The notes beneath the pieces are model-generated. The model worked only from the letters and a program-made list of their open reading frames with translations, was not told the origin of the DNA and did no database searches. Of a stretch of 64,000 nt of DNA, positions 1 to 10,126 are shown in pieces. The position numbers and the translations under genes are program-made. Source of the stretch: Candidatus Latescibacterota bacterium (GTDB taxonomy: Bacteria > Latescibacterota > UBA2968 > GCA-2709665). Position 1 is the first letter of the stretch; each line of letters begins with the position of its first letter. The DNA is taken from contig OZ242180.1 of the NCBI GenBank assembly GCA_965205485.1, positions 2,336,001 to 2,400,000 of the forward strand, in the 5' to 3' direction.

Positions 1-1
1 C

Positions 2-1678
2 GACCGCGTTGAAGCCCTGACCGTTGAAGCTTGGGTCGAAACCGACCAGGCCAATACGGACGCCTTCCAGGCGCTGGTCTCCCGGTGGACGCTGCGATCG
101 ACGATGGATACGTTCGAGTCCTACGACGCCGGGGAAACAAACGGCCTGGACACCAAAGGCTATTTCGGCGCCGTCTCGGACGGGCGCTACGTCTACTTCG
201 CGCCGCAATGCAATGCTTCCCAGGAGCGCCACGGCCAGGTCCTGCGATACGACTCCCGGGGCGGGTTCAACGATCCTGAAAGCTGGCAGGGGTACGATGC
301 CGGTTGTACGGACGGCCTCAACACGAAAGGGTATTACGGCGTCGTGCACGCCGGTAACTATATCTACTTTGTCCCGCGCACCGACGGCGAGACCCTGCAC
401 AGCCGTTTTCTGCGTTATGACCGTCGGGGGGAATTCCGGGATCCCGGCAGCTGGGAGGCGTACGACATCGGGAGAACCATGGCCTGCCAGAGCGCCGCGT
501 ACGACGGGCGATACATCTACCTCTCACCGGGATACTACGGTGATTCGGGCGAATCGGGGAGAGCCGTACGCTACGATACCCGGGGCGGCTTCATGGATCC
601 GGACAGCTATGTGATCTTCGATGCCGGAAACACGGACGGGCTGGATGCGAAGAACTACGACGGCGCCACCTTCGACGGGCGTTACGTCTATTACTCGCCG
701 CTCAATGACCGCGGGATCGTTCTCCGCTACGATACCCGCGCCGGGTTCGACGATCCGGCCGCCTGGCAGGCCCTGGATGCCAGCGTTCATGGAATGGGGA
801 TGTGCGTGGGCGCCGTATTCGACGGCCGCTACGTCTACTACGTCCCTTACGCCCACAGCAACGCCGTCAGATACGATACACGGGGCGACTTCAGGGACGC
901 AGAGAGCTGGGAAGCCTGGGATGCAGCCGGTACGTCCGGCCTGCATACAAAGGGCTACGACGGCGCGGCCTTCGACGGCCGGTACGTCTACTACATTCCG
1001 TTCTACGAGGGCGACGAAGACCAACGCGGGTTCCACTGTCGCGTGCTGCGTTACGATACCTGCATGAACTTTAACGACGCGGCCGCGTGGGATGCCGCCG
1101 ACGGGGGCGTCTTTACCTACCCGCCGAACCCCGGCGGATTCAATGGGGGCGCGTTCGACGGACGCTACGTGTACTTCTCCCCGTGGCGCGAAGATCCGGA
1201 CGAAAACGACGATCGCGAATACACTCCGCATGGAAAGGTGCTGCGCTACGACACCGCGGACGACGCTTCGTTCATCCTCAAATACGCGGAATGCGGTCAC
1301 AATGGCGGCCTCTGCGCATCGCTGCCGGGACCGACCTTCACCATTAACACGGACAACGGAACACGCAGCGTACGGGCCAACAGGACGCTACCCCCGGGCC
1401 GGCATCATCTTGCGGGGGTATACAACGGTAAACGGGTAACGCTTTACATTGACGGTACGGCCGTGGCTTCGACCGAAGCAAGCGGTCCCGTTCAGTCAGG
1501 TAATGCACCTGTGGCCATCGGCCGCCTCGCGGGCGGTGGAGCGCATTTTCTGGGCGAAATCGGAGAAGTGCGTATCTCGACTGCCGCCCGGTCGGATCGG
1601 TGGATCGATGCGACCCATCGGAACCTTGCGAATCCGGCGGAATTCGTACGCCTTGGACCGGAAGAAAAAACGGGGTGA
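2..1678 (+). CDS. LamG/concanavalin-like domain protein with inserted 7-repeat (FDGRYVYxxP) beta-propeller; 5'-truncated by window edge
   Basis: Frame is open from nt 2 (DRVEALTVEAWV...LVSRW) into ORF 104..1678. Seven GxxFDGRYVYxxP-like repeats. C-terminal HHLAGVYNGKRVTLYIDG...IG...FLGEIGEVRIS LamG signature. Confidence 0.75.
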   Translation, partial: DRVEALTVEAWVETDQANTDAFQALVSRWTLRSTMDTFESYDAGETNGLDTKGYFGAVSDGRYVYFAPQCNASQERHGQVLRYDSRGGFNDPESWQGYDAGCTDGLNTKGYYGVVHAGNYIYFVPRTDGETLHSRFLRYDRRGEFRDPGSWEAYDIGRTMACQSAAYDGRYIYLSPGYYGDSGESGRAVRYDTRGGFMDPDSYVIFDAGNTDGLDAKNYDGATFDGRYVYYSPLNDRGIVLRYDTRAGFDDPAAWQALDASVHGMGMCVGAVFDGRYVYYVPYAHSNAVRYDTRGDFRDAESWEAWDAAGTSGLHTKGYDGAAFDGRYVYYIPFYEGDEDQRGFHCRVLRYDTCMNFNDAAAWDAADGGVFTYPPNPGGFNGGAFDGRYVYFSPWREDPDENDDREYTPHGKVLRYDTADDASFILKYAECGHNGGLCASLPGPTFTINTDNGTRSVRANRTLPPGRHHLAGVYNGKRVTLYIDGTAVASTEASGPVQSGNAPVAIGRLAGGGAHFLGEIGEVRISTAARSDRWIDATHRNLANPAEFVRLGPEEKTG

Positions 1679-1721
1679 GGCCGGATTGCGCCTTACCCCG
1701 CTCTGGGATCCTGTCCCAGTA

Positions 1722-2624
1722 TTATTTCACCACTCTCCTGCCGATCCTGTTTCCCGCCCTCACGTGCACTTCGATTCCCCGCCGGGAGTCTTCTTTCAGG
1801 TCATCGTCGAAAACGACCGCTCCCGGCTCGAACAGCAGCACAAGCGTGGACCCGCCGAACTGAAAATAACCCTTCTCCTGACCCCGTTCGACCGGTCCCG
1901 GCGTGTACGTCTCAACGATGCTCCCAACCGCAAAGCCGCCTATTTCCAGATAGGCGATCCTTCCGAACCGGTCCGAATCGAATCCGGTTACCGCGCGTCT
2001 GTTCCGCCAGAATACGCCCGGTACCCTTGCAAGGCCCAGCGGGTTGACGATATAGTACCGCCCGGCGACAACGCGCGCCAGCCCGGCCGTTCCGGAATCC
2101 GGAAAGTGGAAACGGTGATAGTCGTACGGCGCGAGCCGCACCACCAGCGCCGAACCTTGCCGATAGGGGCGCGCCTCCTCCGCTGAATCCAGCAGGCGTT
2201 CCAATGGTACAGGCGCTCCCTTGACCGGGATCCCGGCGCCCTCCAGGAGATGCTGAAAGACCATCACCTTGCCGTCCGCGGGACAGGACAACGCTTCGGG
2301 TTCCGGAGCAAACGGCCTGGCGCCGGGTTTCAGGCGGCGGGTGAAGAACGCGTTGAAGTTCGGATACTGCTCCGGGGGATACTCGATCTCTTCCACGTCG
2401 ATGCCGTAGTCCCGCACGAAACGGGAAATCTTCCGGCGGCTTCCGGGCCGCGCCTGCAACCAGCCATAGAACCGGCAGAAGACCGAATTGTTCAGCAGGA
2501 GGTGGAAGAGTCCAAGGGCGAACGAAGACCGGAATACCCGTTGAAAAAACCCGTAGGACAGCGGCTCCGTTATCGTCCGATCCGTTCTTCGATCCCGGTA
2601 CCTGATCTCGAAATCGTCATCCAT
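1722..2624 (-). CDS. psd: Phosphatidylserine decarboxylase proenzyme
   Basis: FNAFFTRRLK, CPADG, RLAPYDYHRFHFP and GYFQFGGST autocleavage motif. Start placed at ATG 2624, just after the upstream gene's stop. Confidence 0.9.
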   Translation of the reverse strand: MDDDFEIRYRDRRTDRTITEPLSYGFFQRVFRSSFALGLFHLLLNNSVFCRFYGWLQARPGSRRKISRFVRDYGIDVEEIEYPPEQYPNFNAFFTRRLKPGARPFAPEPEALSCPADGKVMVFQHLLEGAGIPVKGAPVPLERLLDSAEEARPYRQGSALVVRLAPYDYHRFHFPDSGTAGLARVVAGRYYIVNPLGLARVPGVFWRNRRAVTGFDSDRFGRIAYLEIGGFAVGSIVETYTPGPVERGQEKGYFQFGGSTLVLLFEPGAVVFDDDLKEDSRRGIEVHVRAGNRIGRRVVK

Positions 2625-2628
2625 CTGC

Positions 2629-4452
2629 CTATTGATATCCCGGGATGATGGGAAGGACGATGTGGGAAGGATGTTCCGGATCGTGAAACACCGCGTTTTC
2701 CGCGAGGACAACCCGGCGTTCCCGTCCCAATGGGCCTCCTGTATTCGGATTGATGTCGAATCTGGGGAAATTGCTGCTGGAGACATCCACCCTGATGCGG
2801 TGCCCCGCGCCGAATACGGTGGAGGTCGGATACATCACGATTTCCAGTTCATGGATTTCTCCCGGCGACATCAATTCCGGTGTATCCCGCGAGTTCCGGT
2901 AACGTCCCCTGACGATGCTGTCCGTTATAATCTGGGCGAAGCCATCGGGATAATCCTCGTTCTGGGGATGCGCGTCGATCAGTTTTACCGTAAAGTCCGT
3001 ATCCGTCGCAGAGGAAGACGCCCACAGCTTCATCGTCAGCGGTCCCGTGACTTCCAGGGGCTCCTTCAATTCGGGCGTCTGAAAGACGAGGACGTCGCTC
3101 CGCGCCGACAGCGGCAGGCTGTCCCTGCATCCGTAGAAGCGTGAATCGCCTCGCTGGTCGTACGCGCCGGCAACGAGAATCGGATCCCCCGCGGACAGAT
3201 TGCCGCCGACCGTGGGAACCGGATCCCTTGGATCGAATGTGTACCGGCTCGGATCGGAAGGTTCAGGCAGGTCCTCTCCGATGCTGCCGTCCTGGTGCAG
3301 ATAGTACGGCGTAAACCGCGTCCCGTGAAGCGGCCAGTCCTCCACGTCGCGCCAGACGCCCATGTAATTCAGTCGACCCTCCCGGTTCCTGCGGCCGTCG
3401 CCGCCGCCCATCACGAAGATCCGTACCGGCTTTTCGCGGTCGACGCCGTTGTCAATGCCCTTCAACCACCTGTCGAACCAGCGCAGCCGGTATCCGTCGT
3501 AATCGTCCAGGACGGATTCCTGACCGAAATCCACGTCTCCCGCGAACGAGTTCCCCCAACCGCCGTGAGTCCACGGGCCCATCAGCAGATGCTGCGGGGA
3601 TTCCATCCGTTTGGAAAGCGCCACGTAGTTCGCCGTGGTTCCCCGGGTGTAGGTGTCGTACCACCCGCCCAGATATATCGTGGGCACGTCCGCGTGCTCG
3701 TCGTAGTAGTGGTCGATCGCATATCCCCGCTGCTTCCAATATTCGTTGAAGTCTCCTTCTCCCAGAAGATCCAGCACCCACTGTTCATAGGAGGGCAGAA
3801 ACCGAAGGGCGGAAGACCCCTTCCTGTAGGGCGTCCTCGTCAGCCATTCGCCCACCCTCGCGAAGTCCGCGTCCAGCGCGGCCTTCAGCGTTGCATCGGC
3901 GAGCGCTTCCCTGCTTGTCGTCGCCATCCGGAACGCATAGATCATGAACCGCAATTCCAGGGCGCCGTTCTGCCGCATCGAACTGGTGTGATAGTTCGAC
4001 GTACCCACCGCGACAACCATCGCCTTCAGGTGGGGTGGATTCAGCGTGGCAAGCGCGCTCTGGTCGCTTCCACAGTAGGACCCGCCCATTGTTCCCACGT
4101 TTCCGTCGCACCATGGCTGCGCGGCAACCCATTCTACGGTATCGTACCCGTCCGGCGCTTCCTTTGCGAACGGATGCCACGCGCCTTCCGACCCGAAACG
4201 CCCCCGGACGTCCTGGCGCACGGCCACGTACCCTCTCCGCGCGAGATACCGGCCTTCACTGAATTTGGATTCTTTATCGTACGGCGTGCGCTCGATTACC
4301 GCGGGAAACGCGCCCTGCACAATCTCCCCGTGCTTCGCGGGGAAATACAGGTCCGTCGCCAGCTTCACACCGTCCCGCATGGGGACCATCACGTTTCTTC
4401 GGACGATCACATCGTACTCGATCCACGACCCCCGCGCTTCGGTCTCCGCCAT
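2629..4452 (-). CDS. CocE/NonD family serine hydrolase
   Basis: MRDGVKLATDLY, RTPY, QDVRGRFGSEG, GGSY nucleophile elbow, GPWTHG and SSSNFPRFD motifs. Confidence 0.93.
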   Translation of the reverse strand: MAETEARGSWIEYDVIVRRNVMVPMRDGVKLATDLYFPAKHGEIVQGAFPAVIERTPYDKESKFSEGRYLARRGYVAVRQDVRGRFGSEGAWHPFAKEAPDGYDTVEWVAAQPWCDGNVGTMGGSYCGSDQSALATLNPPHLKAMVVAVGTSNYHTSSMRQNGALELRFMIYAFRMATTSREALADATLKAALDADFARVGEWLTRTPYRKGSSALRFLPSYEQWVLDLLGEGDFNEYWKQRGYAIDHYYDEHADVPTIYLGGWYDTYTRGTTANYVALSKRMESPQHLLMGPWTHGGWGNSFAGDVDFGQESVLDDYDGYRLRWFDRWLKGIDNGVDREKPVRIFVMGGGDGRRNREGRLNYMGVWRDVEDWPLHGTRFTPYYLHQDGSIGEDLPEPSDPSRYTFDPRDPVPTVGGNLSAGDPILVAGAYDQRGDSRFYGCRDSLPLSARSDVLVFQTPELKEPLEVTGPLTMKLWASSSATDTDFTVKLIDAHPQNEDYPDGFAQIITDSIVRGRYRNSRDTPELMSPGEIHELEIVMYPTSTVFGAGHRIRVDVSSSNFPRFDINPNTGGPLGRERRVVLAENAVFHDPEHPSHIVLPIIPGYQ

Positions 4453-4479
4453 TGCGATCCTCTTCTTGTCGATTCAAAC

Positions 4480-5580
4480 TTATCGCCGGTCTACAAACTG
4501 TCCCGCATCCCGCAGTGCCGCCACACCCGAGCCGCGCGCTTCGAGCGGGAAATCGACCGGCCGGTTGCCCGTCAACTGGGACTGATAGATCGCCATCACC
4601 ATCTCCAGTGATCGCAGCCCAATCCGTCCGTCGCTCCGCAGTTTCCCGCGGCCTTCCAGCGCATCGACCAGTTCGTTCAGCGCGACAACGTACGTGGACG
4701 CCGGCGCCGGGTGGTCGACGGGCGTGTGCTGCAGGGCATGCCACTGAAATCCGCTGTCCGGTTCGTAGTCGTCCTCTACCGCGCTGTAGAGATGGACCCG
4801 TTCTCCCAGAAAACGGATCACGCCCTCGGTACCGCGCAACTCGAATGCATTGTCCGTATAGGATGTCAACTCGGCGCCGTGGACCAGGCCCGTCGCACCG
4901 CTCCTGAATTTCATGATGGCCGCGCCGAAGTCCTCCACGGCCCAGGGACGCATCCGCTGCTCCGCCATCCCGCACATCCATGCCACCTCCCCGGCGAACA
5001 TATCCATCAGGTCGAAGTAGTGGGTAAAGTCGTGCAGGAACGGGCCCTCGTTCTCGCTTCGCCACGAGGGGTCCGGCTTGCCGCCGTCCATATAGCAATA
5101 GACGTGGTTCAGCTCTCCGATCGCGCCGTCCCGCAGCAGACGCAGTCCCAGGTTCCACTCCGGCGACCATCGACGGTTGTGATTGACCTGCAGCAGGATG
5201 CCCGCGTTGTCGCAGGCGGCGATCATCCGGTCGCATTCCTCCAGGGACAGCGCCATCGGCTTTTCGCAGATGATCGCTTTCGTCGCGGGCGCCGCGGCGC
5301 ATGTTTCCACCATTTCGCAATGCAGTTCCGGATGGGTGGCCACAATGCAGATATCGGGCCTGGCTTCGTCCAGCATTCGCCGGTAGTCTTGATAAAGTGC
5401 GTCGATCCCGTATCGCTGCCCGAAGATCTCCAGCTTTTCACGACCCCGGTTCACACCCGCCACGAGTTCACAATCCGGATGTTGGCTCAGGGCATCGGCG
5501 TGGTTGTCCGGCAGGTCCCCGAAACTGAACTGGTACCCCACCCGGCCCGTTCCGATGATCGCCGTTCTATACTTCGCCAT
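4480..5580 (-). CDS. Gfo/Idh/MocA family oxidoreductase
   Basis: IIGTGRVG Rossmann motif, CEKPMA, HNRRW. GGAGG RBS before ATG 5580. Confidence 0.92.
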   Translation of the reverse strand: MAKYRTAIIGTGRVGYQFSFGDLPDNHADALSQHPDCELVAGVNRGREKLEIFGQRYGIDALYQDYRRMLDEARPDICIVATHPELHCEMVETCAAAPATKAIICEKPMALSLEECDRMIAACDNAGILLQVNHNRRWSPEWNLGLRLLRDGAIGELNHVYCYMDGGKPDPSWRSENEGPFLHDFTHYFDLMDMFAGEVAWMCGMAEQRMRPWAVEDFGAAIMKFRSGATGLVHGAELTSYTDNAFELRGTEGVIRFLGERVHLYSAVEDDYEPDSGFQWHALQHTPVDHPAPASTYVVALNELVDALEGRGKLRSDGRIGLRSLEMVMAIYQSQLTGNRPVDFPLEARGSGVAALRDAGQFVDRR

Positions 5581-5618
5581 CACAACCTCCTGCATTTGCG
5601 GGCTTGCTCAGGTCGTGC

Positions 5619-6284
5619 CTATTGTGCGGGGCTTCCGCCGAACTGCCAGCCGATCCCCAGTCCGAATTCGAGTCCGCTGTAGTTGCGCCGGCCGCCGATC
5701 TCGTCTGAAAAATCCGTCATCAGGTTATATCCCAGGTCTGCAATCGCCACGAATGAACGACCCATCGCCAGGTCGAATCCCATTCCCGCCCGGCTTCCGA
5801 ATGTCGTCATCGCGCCGGATTCCTGGACAACCTGTAGACCGACGTCGCTTCTGGATTGAAATCCGGTGACCAGCCCGATGCCCGCGGTCAGAAAGGGCCT
5901 GAACGCGGTGTCGAGCGACCCTCTGCGCGGGTAATATCTCATGCCGATAATCATGGGACAGATGACCGCCGCCTTCTGGGAGACGCCCAATGGCCCGGCG
6001 CGTGAGCTCGCCTCGACCGACAGGGCGCCCAACGTAGCGTGACCGGCGACGTTCTCCCTCAGCCAGCGCGAGTAGCCCAACGAAAAGAATACATTGTCCG
6101 CTCCGGCGGTCGTTTCCACCCCCAGCGGACCGATCTGCGTTGCCGCGCCGGTGGTTCCACCGTGATTCCGCAGTCCCATCCGTAGCTCAATCCGGGACCG
6201 CCTTTCCATCTCGCCGGCACTCATAACCTGCGGCGTTGCCAGCAGCAGGAAACACAACAGTACCGTCACTCTCATTGCTGTCAT
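5619..6284 (-). CDS. Outer-membrane beta-barrel protein (OmpW/OmpA-like)
   Basis: Signal peptide, alternating amphipathic strands, RPFLTAGIG, C-terminal GIGWQF. Confidence 0.7.
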   Translation of the reverse strand: MTAMRVTVLLCFLLLATPQVMSAGEMERRSRIELRMGLRNHGGTTGAATQIGPLGVETTAGADNVFFSLGYSRWLRENVAGHATLGALSVEASSRAGPLGVSQKAAVICPMIIGMRYYPRRGSLDTAFRPFLTAGIGLVTGFQSRSDVGLQVVQESGAMTTFGSRAGMGFDLAMGRSFVAIADLGYNLMTDFSDEIGGRRNYSGLEFGLGIGWQFGGSPAQ

Positions 6285-6439
6285 TTCCGCCTCCCTTTTG
6301 AGGGGATTTATCTACGGGTTTTGTGAAATAGTCGCACCGTTTTACTTGATTCCTGGCTGTTTCGGCGACAGTACCGCAAACTACCAGTTTGCTCTACCAT
6401 ATACAGTATTTTTAACTCTGGATCACTATGCCTCGTATT

Positions 6440-6463
6440 GTAGGGGCGTCCCTTTTGGGCGCC
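6440..6463 (+). repeat. GTAG-type REP-like palindrome
   Basis: GTAGGGGCGTCCCTTTTGGGCGCC; near-identical copy at 30097-30119. Confidence 0.6.
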
Positions 6464-6504
6464 TGGCAACCGTCGCCAGTGGTGATCCTGACGATATCTT
6501 CAAG

Positions 6505-7857
6505 TTACGGTTTGTCCGAATCAACCTGCTCCAGCGCGTCGACCAGGCTCTTTCGGACGAGATCGTACAGTTCGTCGATGTCCTCCCGCTGTACGATCAG
6601 CGCCGGGCTCACGGCGAACCACGTGGGGTCGATGCGAATCAGCAGCCCGTTCGCCAGCGAGGTCCGCTTCAGCGCGCGTCCCAGCTCCGGGAACGGGGTC
6701 ATCGACTTCGTATCCCTCACCAGTTCCACGCCCTGCAGCAGCCCTCGCCCGCGCACTTCCCGCACCACGCCCAGGTCCTTCAATCCTTCCAGCTTCGATG
6801 CCAGGTAGCGGCCGAGTTCCCCGGCCTTTCGATCCAGTTCCTGATCCACGATTTCGTCGATCACGGCCATGCCCACGGCACACGCGACGGGATTGGCCGC
6901 GAACGTATGCCCGTGGGCAAAGTTGACATCGGCTTCCACCGGACCGAGAAAGACGTCTCCCATGTCCTCACGCGCCATCATCGCGCCCACCGGATACGCC
7001 CCGCTCGAGATCCCTTTGCCCGCGCAGATGATGTCAGGCGTAACCCCGAACGTCTGGGCGGCGAACATCGAGCCGGTCTTGCCGAACCCCGTAATGATCT
7101 CATCGTAGATCAACATCACGTTGCAGCGGTCGCAGACGTCGCGGATCATCCGGAAGTATTCTTCGGTGGGGGTAATGATGCCTCCGGTATTGCCGATCGG
7201 CTCCAGGATGACGCCTGCCACCGTATCCGGGTCTTCGTTGACGATCACGTCCTCGAACATCTGCGCACTAAAACGGTTGCATTCCTCCCAGGAAGCAAAA
7301 CGGTCCCTGTAGTACGTTGGCGGGAAAACCTTCAGGAATCCGCCCGCCTGCGGTTCGAACGGCGTCTTGCGTTTTCCCGTCCCGCTGGCCGCCATCGCGC
7401 CGAACGTGGCGCCGTGATAGCCGAAGTAACGGCTGACGAACTTGTACTTGCCCGGGTGGCCGCTCTGCCTGAAATACTGCCGGGTGAATTTCAGGGCGGA
7501 TTCGACCGCTTCGGACCCGCCGCTGTAGGACTTGATGAAATTCAGATTCTCCGGCGTCACCTCGCTCAGCTTCTCGACGAAATCCAGCGCCACGTCCGAA
7601 AGCCCGTGCATCGGCGGCGAGAATCCCAGCGTCTCCGCCTGCCTTCGCATCGCCTCCAGCACCCTGGGGTGCCCGTGTCCGAGCGAGGCCACGAAGATGC
7701 CGCCGATCCCGTCGAAATAACGCTTGCCGTCCGTATCCCAATAGTGAAGTCCGTGCGCCCTCTTGACGATAAACGGATGTTGCATGAAGGCCGACGTCTG
7801 CTGATAATCCAGAAATGTCCGCTCAAGCAACCGCCGGCGGCGACCGTCCAGCTTCAT
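6505..7857 (-). CDS. Class III PLP-dependent aminotransferase
   Basis: SGGSEAVE, YHGAT, DEIITGFGKTG, AGKG lysine, HGHTFAANP. Confidence 0.92.
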   Translation of the reverse strand: MKLDGRRRRLLERTFLDYQQTSAFMQHPFIVKRAHGLHYWDTDGKRYFDGIGGIFVASLGHGHPRVLEAMRRQAETLGFSPPMHGLSDVALDFVEKLSEVTPENLNFIKSYSGGSEAVESALKFTRQYFRQSGHPGKYKFVSRYFGYHGATFGAMAASGTGKRKTPFEPQAGGFLKVFPPTYYRDRFASWEECNRFSAQMFEDVIVNEDPDTVAGVILEPIGNTGGIITPTEEYFRMIRDVCDRCNVMLIYDEIITGFGKTGSMFAAQTFGVTPDIICAGKGISSGAYPVGAMMAREDMGDVFLGPVEADVNFAHGHTFAANPVACAVGMAVIDEIVDQELDRKAGELGRYLASKLEGLKDLGVVREVRGRGLLQGVELVRDTKSMTPFPELGRALKRTSLANGLLIRIDPTWFAVSPALIVQREDIDELYDLVRKSLVDALEQVDSDKP

Positions 7858-7902
7858 CGATTCATTCCTCCGTACACGTTGCCTCAACGCCATCGCCAGT
7901 TT

Positions 7903-8670
7903 CTACGACAATTTCTTCGGCGCCAGCACGAGCCGCTCCGCGTTCCTCCAGGCGATCTGTTCCCGTTCGTCGTCCGTAATATCCGCCGCCGCCAGCAACG
8001 CGGGGAACGCCATCGGTTCGTACAGAGGCGAATCCGTACCGAACAACACCCGGTCCGCCCCCACTTCGCGCACCACCAGTCCGATCATGCCCGTGCGAAT
8101 CGCCCTTGCCGTACCCATATCCGTGTAGAGGTTGCCCGTTTTGCAGTCCTGGAGCGCATCGATGGCCTCGTACGTCTGGCCCGGCTGTCCCGCGCCGAAA
8201 TGCGCCGTAATCACCGTTATGGACGGAAAGGCTTCGGCCAGCCGCCGCAGCCGGGCCGGCGCCGCGTACGATTCGTTCTCGCCGTGGGAAAGCACCGGAA
8301 GCCCGAGCGGCTCCAGCTTTTCGAAGAGCCGGAAGGTGGGCTTGATGTCCGCCGGATACTTGTGCTGCACCGGGTGGATCTTGAGGCCGGCGACCTTGGG
8401 ATGATCCCTGAAACGGTCCAGCAGCTCCAGCGACTCGCCCATTTTCAATGGATTCAGTACCAGCCAGACGAGCAGATGATCCAGTTTCTCGGCCTGCTGA
8501 ATGGTCCATTCATTGCCATAGATCAATTCTGTAAACAGGGCGGATCCCGAGGTCACCACGGTTCGCTCGATGCCCGCCCGTTCCTGCATGGCCACGAAGC
8601 CCTCGGCCGTAAATGTCGTTATCTCGTCGAACCACGGTCCCAGGTGGGCGTGTGTGTCGATGTATCGCAT
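7903..8670 (-). CDS. Amidohydrolase family 2 protein
   Basis: IDTHAH, GLKIHP, AHFG, VLFGTDSP; GGAGG RBS. Confidence 0.9.
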   Translation of the reverse strand: MRYIDTHAHLGPWFDEITTFTAEGFVAMQERAGIERTVVTSGSALFTELIYGNEWTIQQAEKLDHLLVWLVLNPLKMGESLELLDRFRDHPKVAGLKIHPVQHKYPADIKPTFRLFEKLEPLGLPVLSHGENESYAAPARLRRLAEAFPSITVITAHFGAGQPGQTYEAIDALQDCKTGNLYTDMGTARAIRTGMIGLVVREVGADRVLFGTDSPLYEPMAFPALLAAADITDDEREQIAWRNAERLVLAPKKLS

Positions 8671-8791
8671 CTGATTGTCCTCCCGAATCAACACCTCTTA
8701 TGCGGCATGCCGCGGACGACCGCGTTTGTCTCAAGCTATCGGGTTGCGGTTCAACAACGTGAAGCCGCTGAAGGGCAGGCAATAAGCGATC

Positions 8792-10117
8792 CTATATCGC
8801 GTCTCCAACGGCATCGATCAATCCGTCCACGTGACCCTCGTCCATCGGCGCGGATACGGCGCACATCAACAGCCCGTTGCCCAGAAAATACCCCTGTTCG
8901 ATCAGTCCTAGCAGCATCCCGTGCGCCGCCGCACCGTCGGTTCGCGCCAGATGGCGGTAATTCAACATCTTTTCGCCCGAAAAGTGAATGCTGAACAACG
9001 ATCCCATGCCTACGGCCGTGGCATCGACTTCACGTTCTGAAAACAGCCGGTTCAACCCGTCCCTGAGACGTTTTCCCAGCCGGTTGATGTACGCGAACAC
9101 GTCCGGCGTCAACTGCTTCAGGGTCGCCAGGCCGGCGGCCATGGCCACGGGATGCCCGCTGAACGTGCCGCTCTGAAAGAAACCTGTCGGTCCCCGGGAC
9201 GAGTCGAAGCGATCCATCAGGTCGGCCCTGCCGCCGAAGGCGCCCACGGGAAATCCGCCGCCGATGACCTTTCCAAACGTCGTCAGATCCGGCTCGATGC
9301 CATAGTGCGCCTGCAGACCCCCGGTGCCGACCCGGAACCCGACGATCTCGTCGAATATGACAATCACATCGTGCCGCCGCGCCATGTCGCATACGAACTG
9401 CGCGAACTCCGCGCGCTGGGACAATATGCCCGCACGGGGGTCGAATATCACGCACGCCAGTTCGCGCCGGTGCCGCGCCAGCAATCGCTCAACGGCGTCT
9501 TCGTCGTCATACGGCAGGATCACCACTTCGCCGGCGGCATTGGGCGAAGCTCCGCCCGCCGTGGAAACCGAATGCGGGGCCGACGCGGGCCCGGCCTTGT
9601 CCAGCGGCGGCGCCACGCTCACCTCCACCACGTCGTGGCTGCCGTGGTATCCGCCCTCGAACTTGGCGATCTTCGTCCTTCCGGTGACGCCTCGCGCCAG
9701 TCGAATGGCGTGCAGGGTGGCTTCCGTGCCGGAATTGCAGAACCGGATCTTCTCAACGGTTTTCACCCGGGCGCATATCTCTTCGGCCAGTGCCGTCTCC
9801 ACGCCGGCGGGTGCGCTCAACGCGATCCCGCGGGATACCTGCTCCTGCACGGCCGCGACGACGGCCGGATGGTTGTGGCCCAGGATCTGCGCCGTGTGGT
9901 GGTTGTTGAAATCCACCAGTCTGCGGCCATCAAGGTCGTACACGTAACAGCCATCGCCGCGCTCGATGGTCAGCGGATAGGGCTGGTAGAAGTACGCCCC
10001 TTTCACGCCGCCGGGCATCACCGCATTGGCCCGATCGAAAGCCGCCCGGGAACGCGGGCTGGCCGTCCGATATCGTTCCTCCACCGAAGGACCGCTACCA
10101 GCCGTTGTCTCATCCAT
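8792..10117 (-). CDS. Glutamate-1-semialdehyde aminomutase-like class III aminotransferase (probably a catabolic paralog)
   Basis: MPGG, FCNSGTEAT, KFEGGYHG, FDEIVGFR, GKVIGGGFPVGAFGG, SGTFSG. Confidence 0.85.
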   Translation of the reverse strand: MDETTAGSGPSVEERYRTASPRSRAAFDRANAVMPGGVKGAYFYQPYPLTIERGDGCYVYDLDGRRLVDFNNHHTAQILGHNHPAVVAAVQEQVSRGIALSAPAGVETALAEEICARVKTVEKIRFCNSGTEATLHAIRLARGVTGRTKIAKFEGGYHGSHDVVEVSVAPPLDKAGPASAPHSVSTAGGASPNAAGEVVILPYDDEDAVERLLARHRRELACVIFDPRAGILSQRAEFAQFVCDMARRHDVIVIFDEIVGFRVGTGGLQAHYGIEPDLTTFGKVIGGGFPVGAFGGRADLMDRFDSSRGPTGFFQSGTFSGHPVAMAAGLATLKQLTPDVFAYINRLGKRLRDGLNRLFSEREVDATAVGMGSLFSIHFSGEKMLNYRHLARTDGAAAHGMLLGLIEQGYFLGNGLLMCAVSAPMDEGHVDGLIDAVGDAI

Positions 10118-10126
10118 TGCGTTTTC

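Noticed and set aside
8792..10117. hemL gene symbol
   Set aside because: Family motifs are present but the N-terminal substrate motif diverges (GVKGAY) and there is no tetrapyrrole context.
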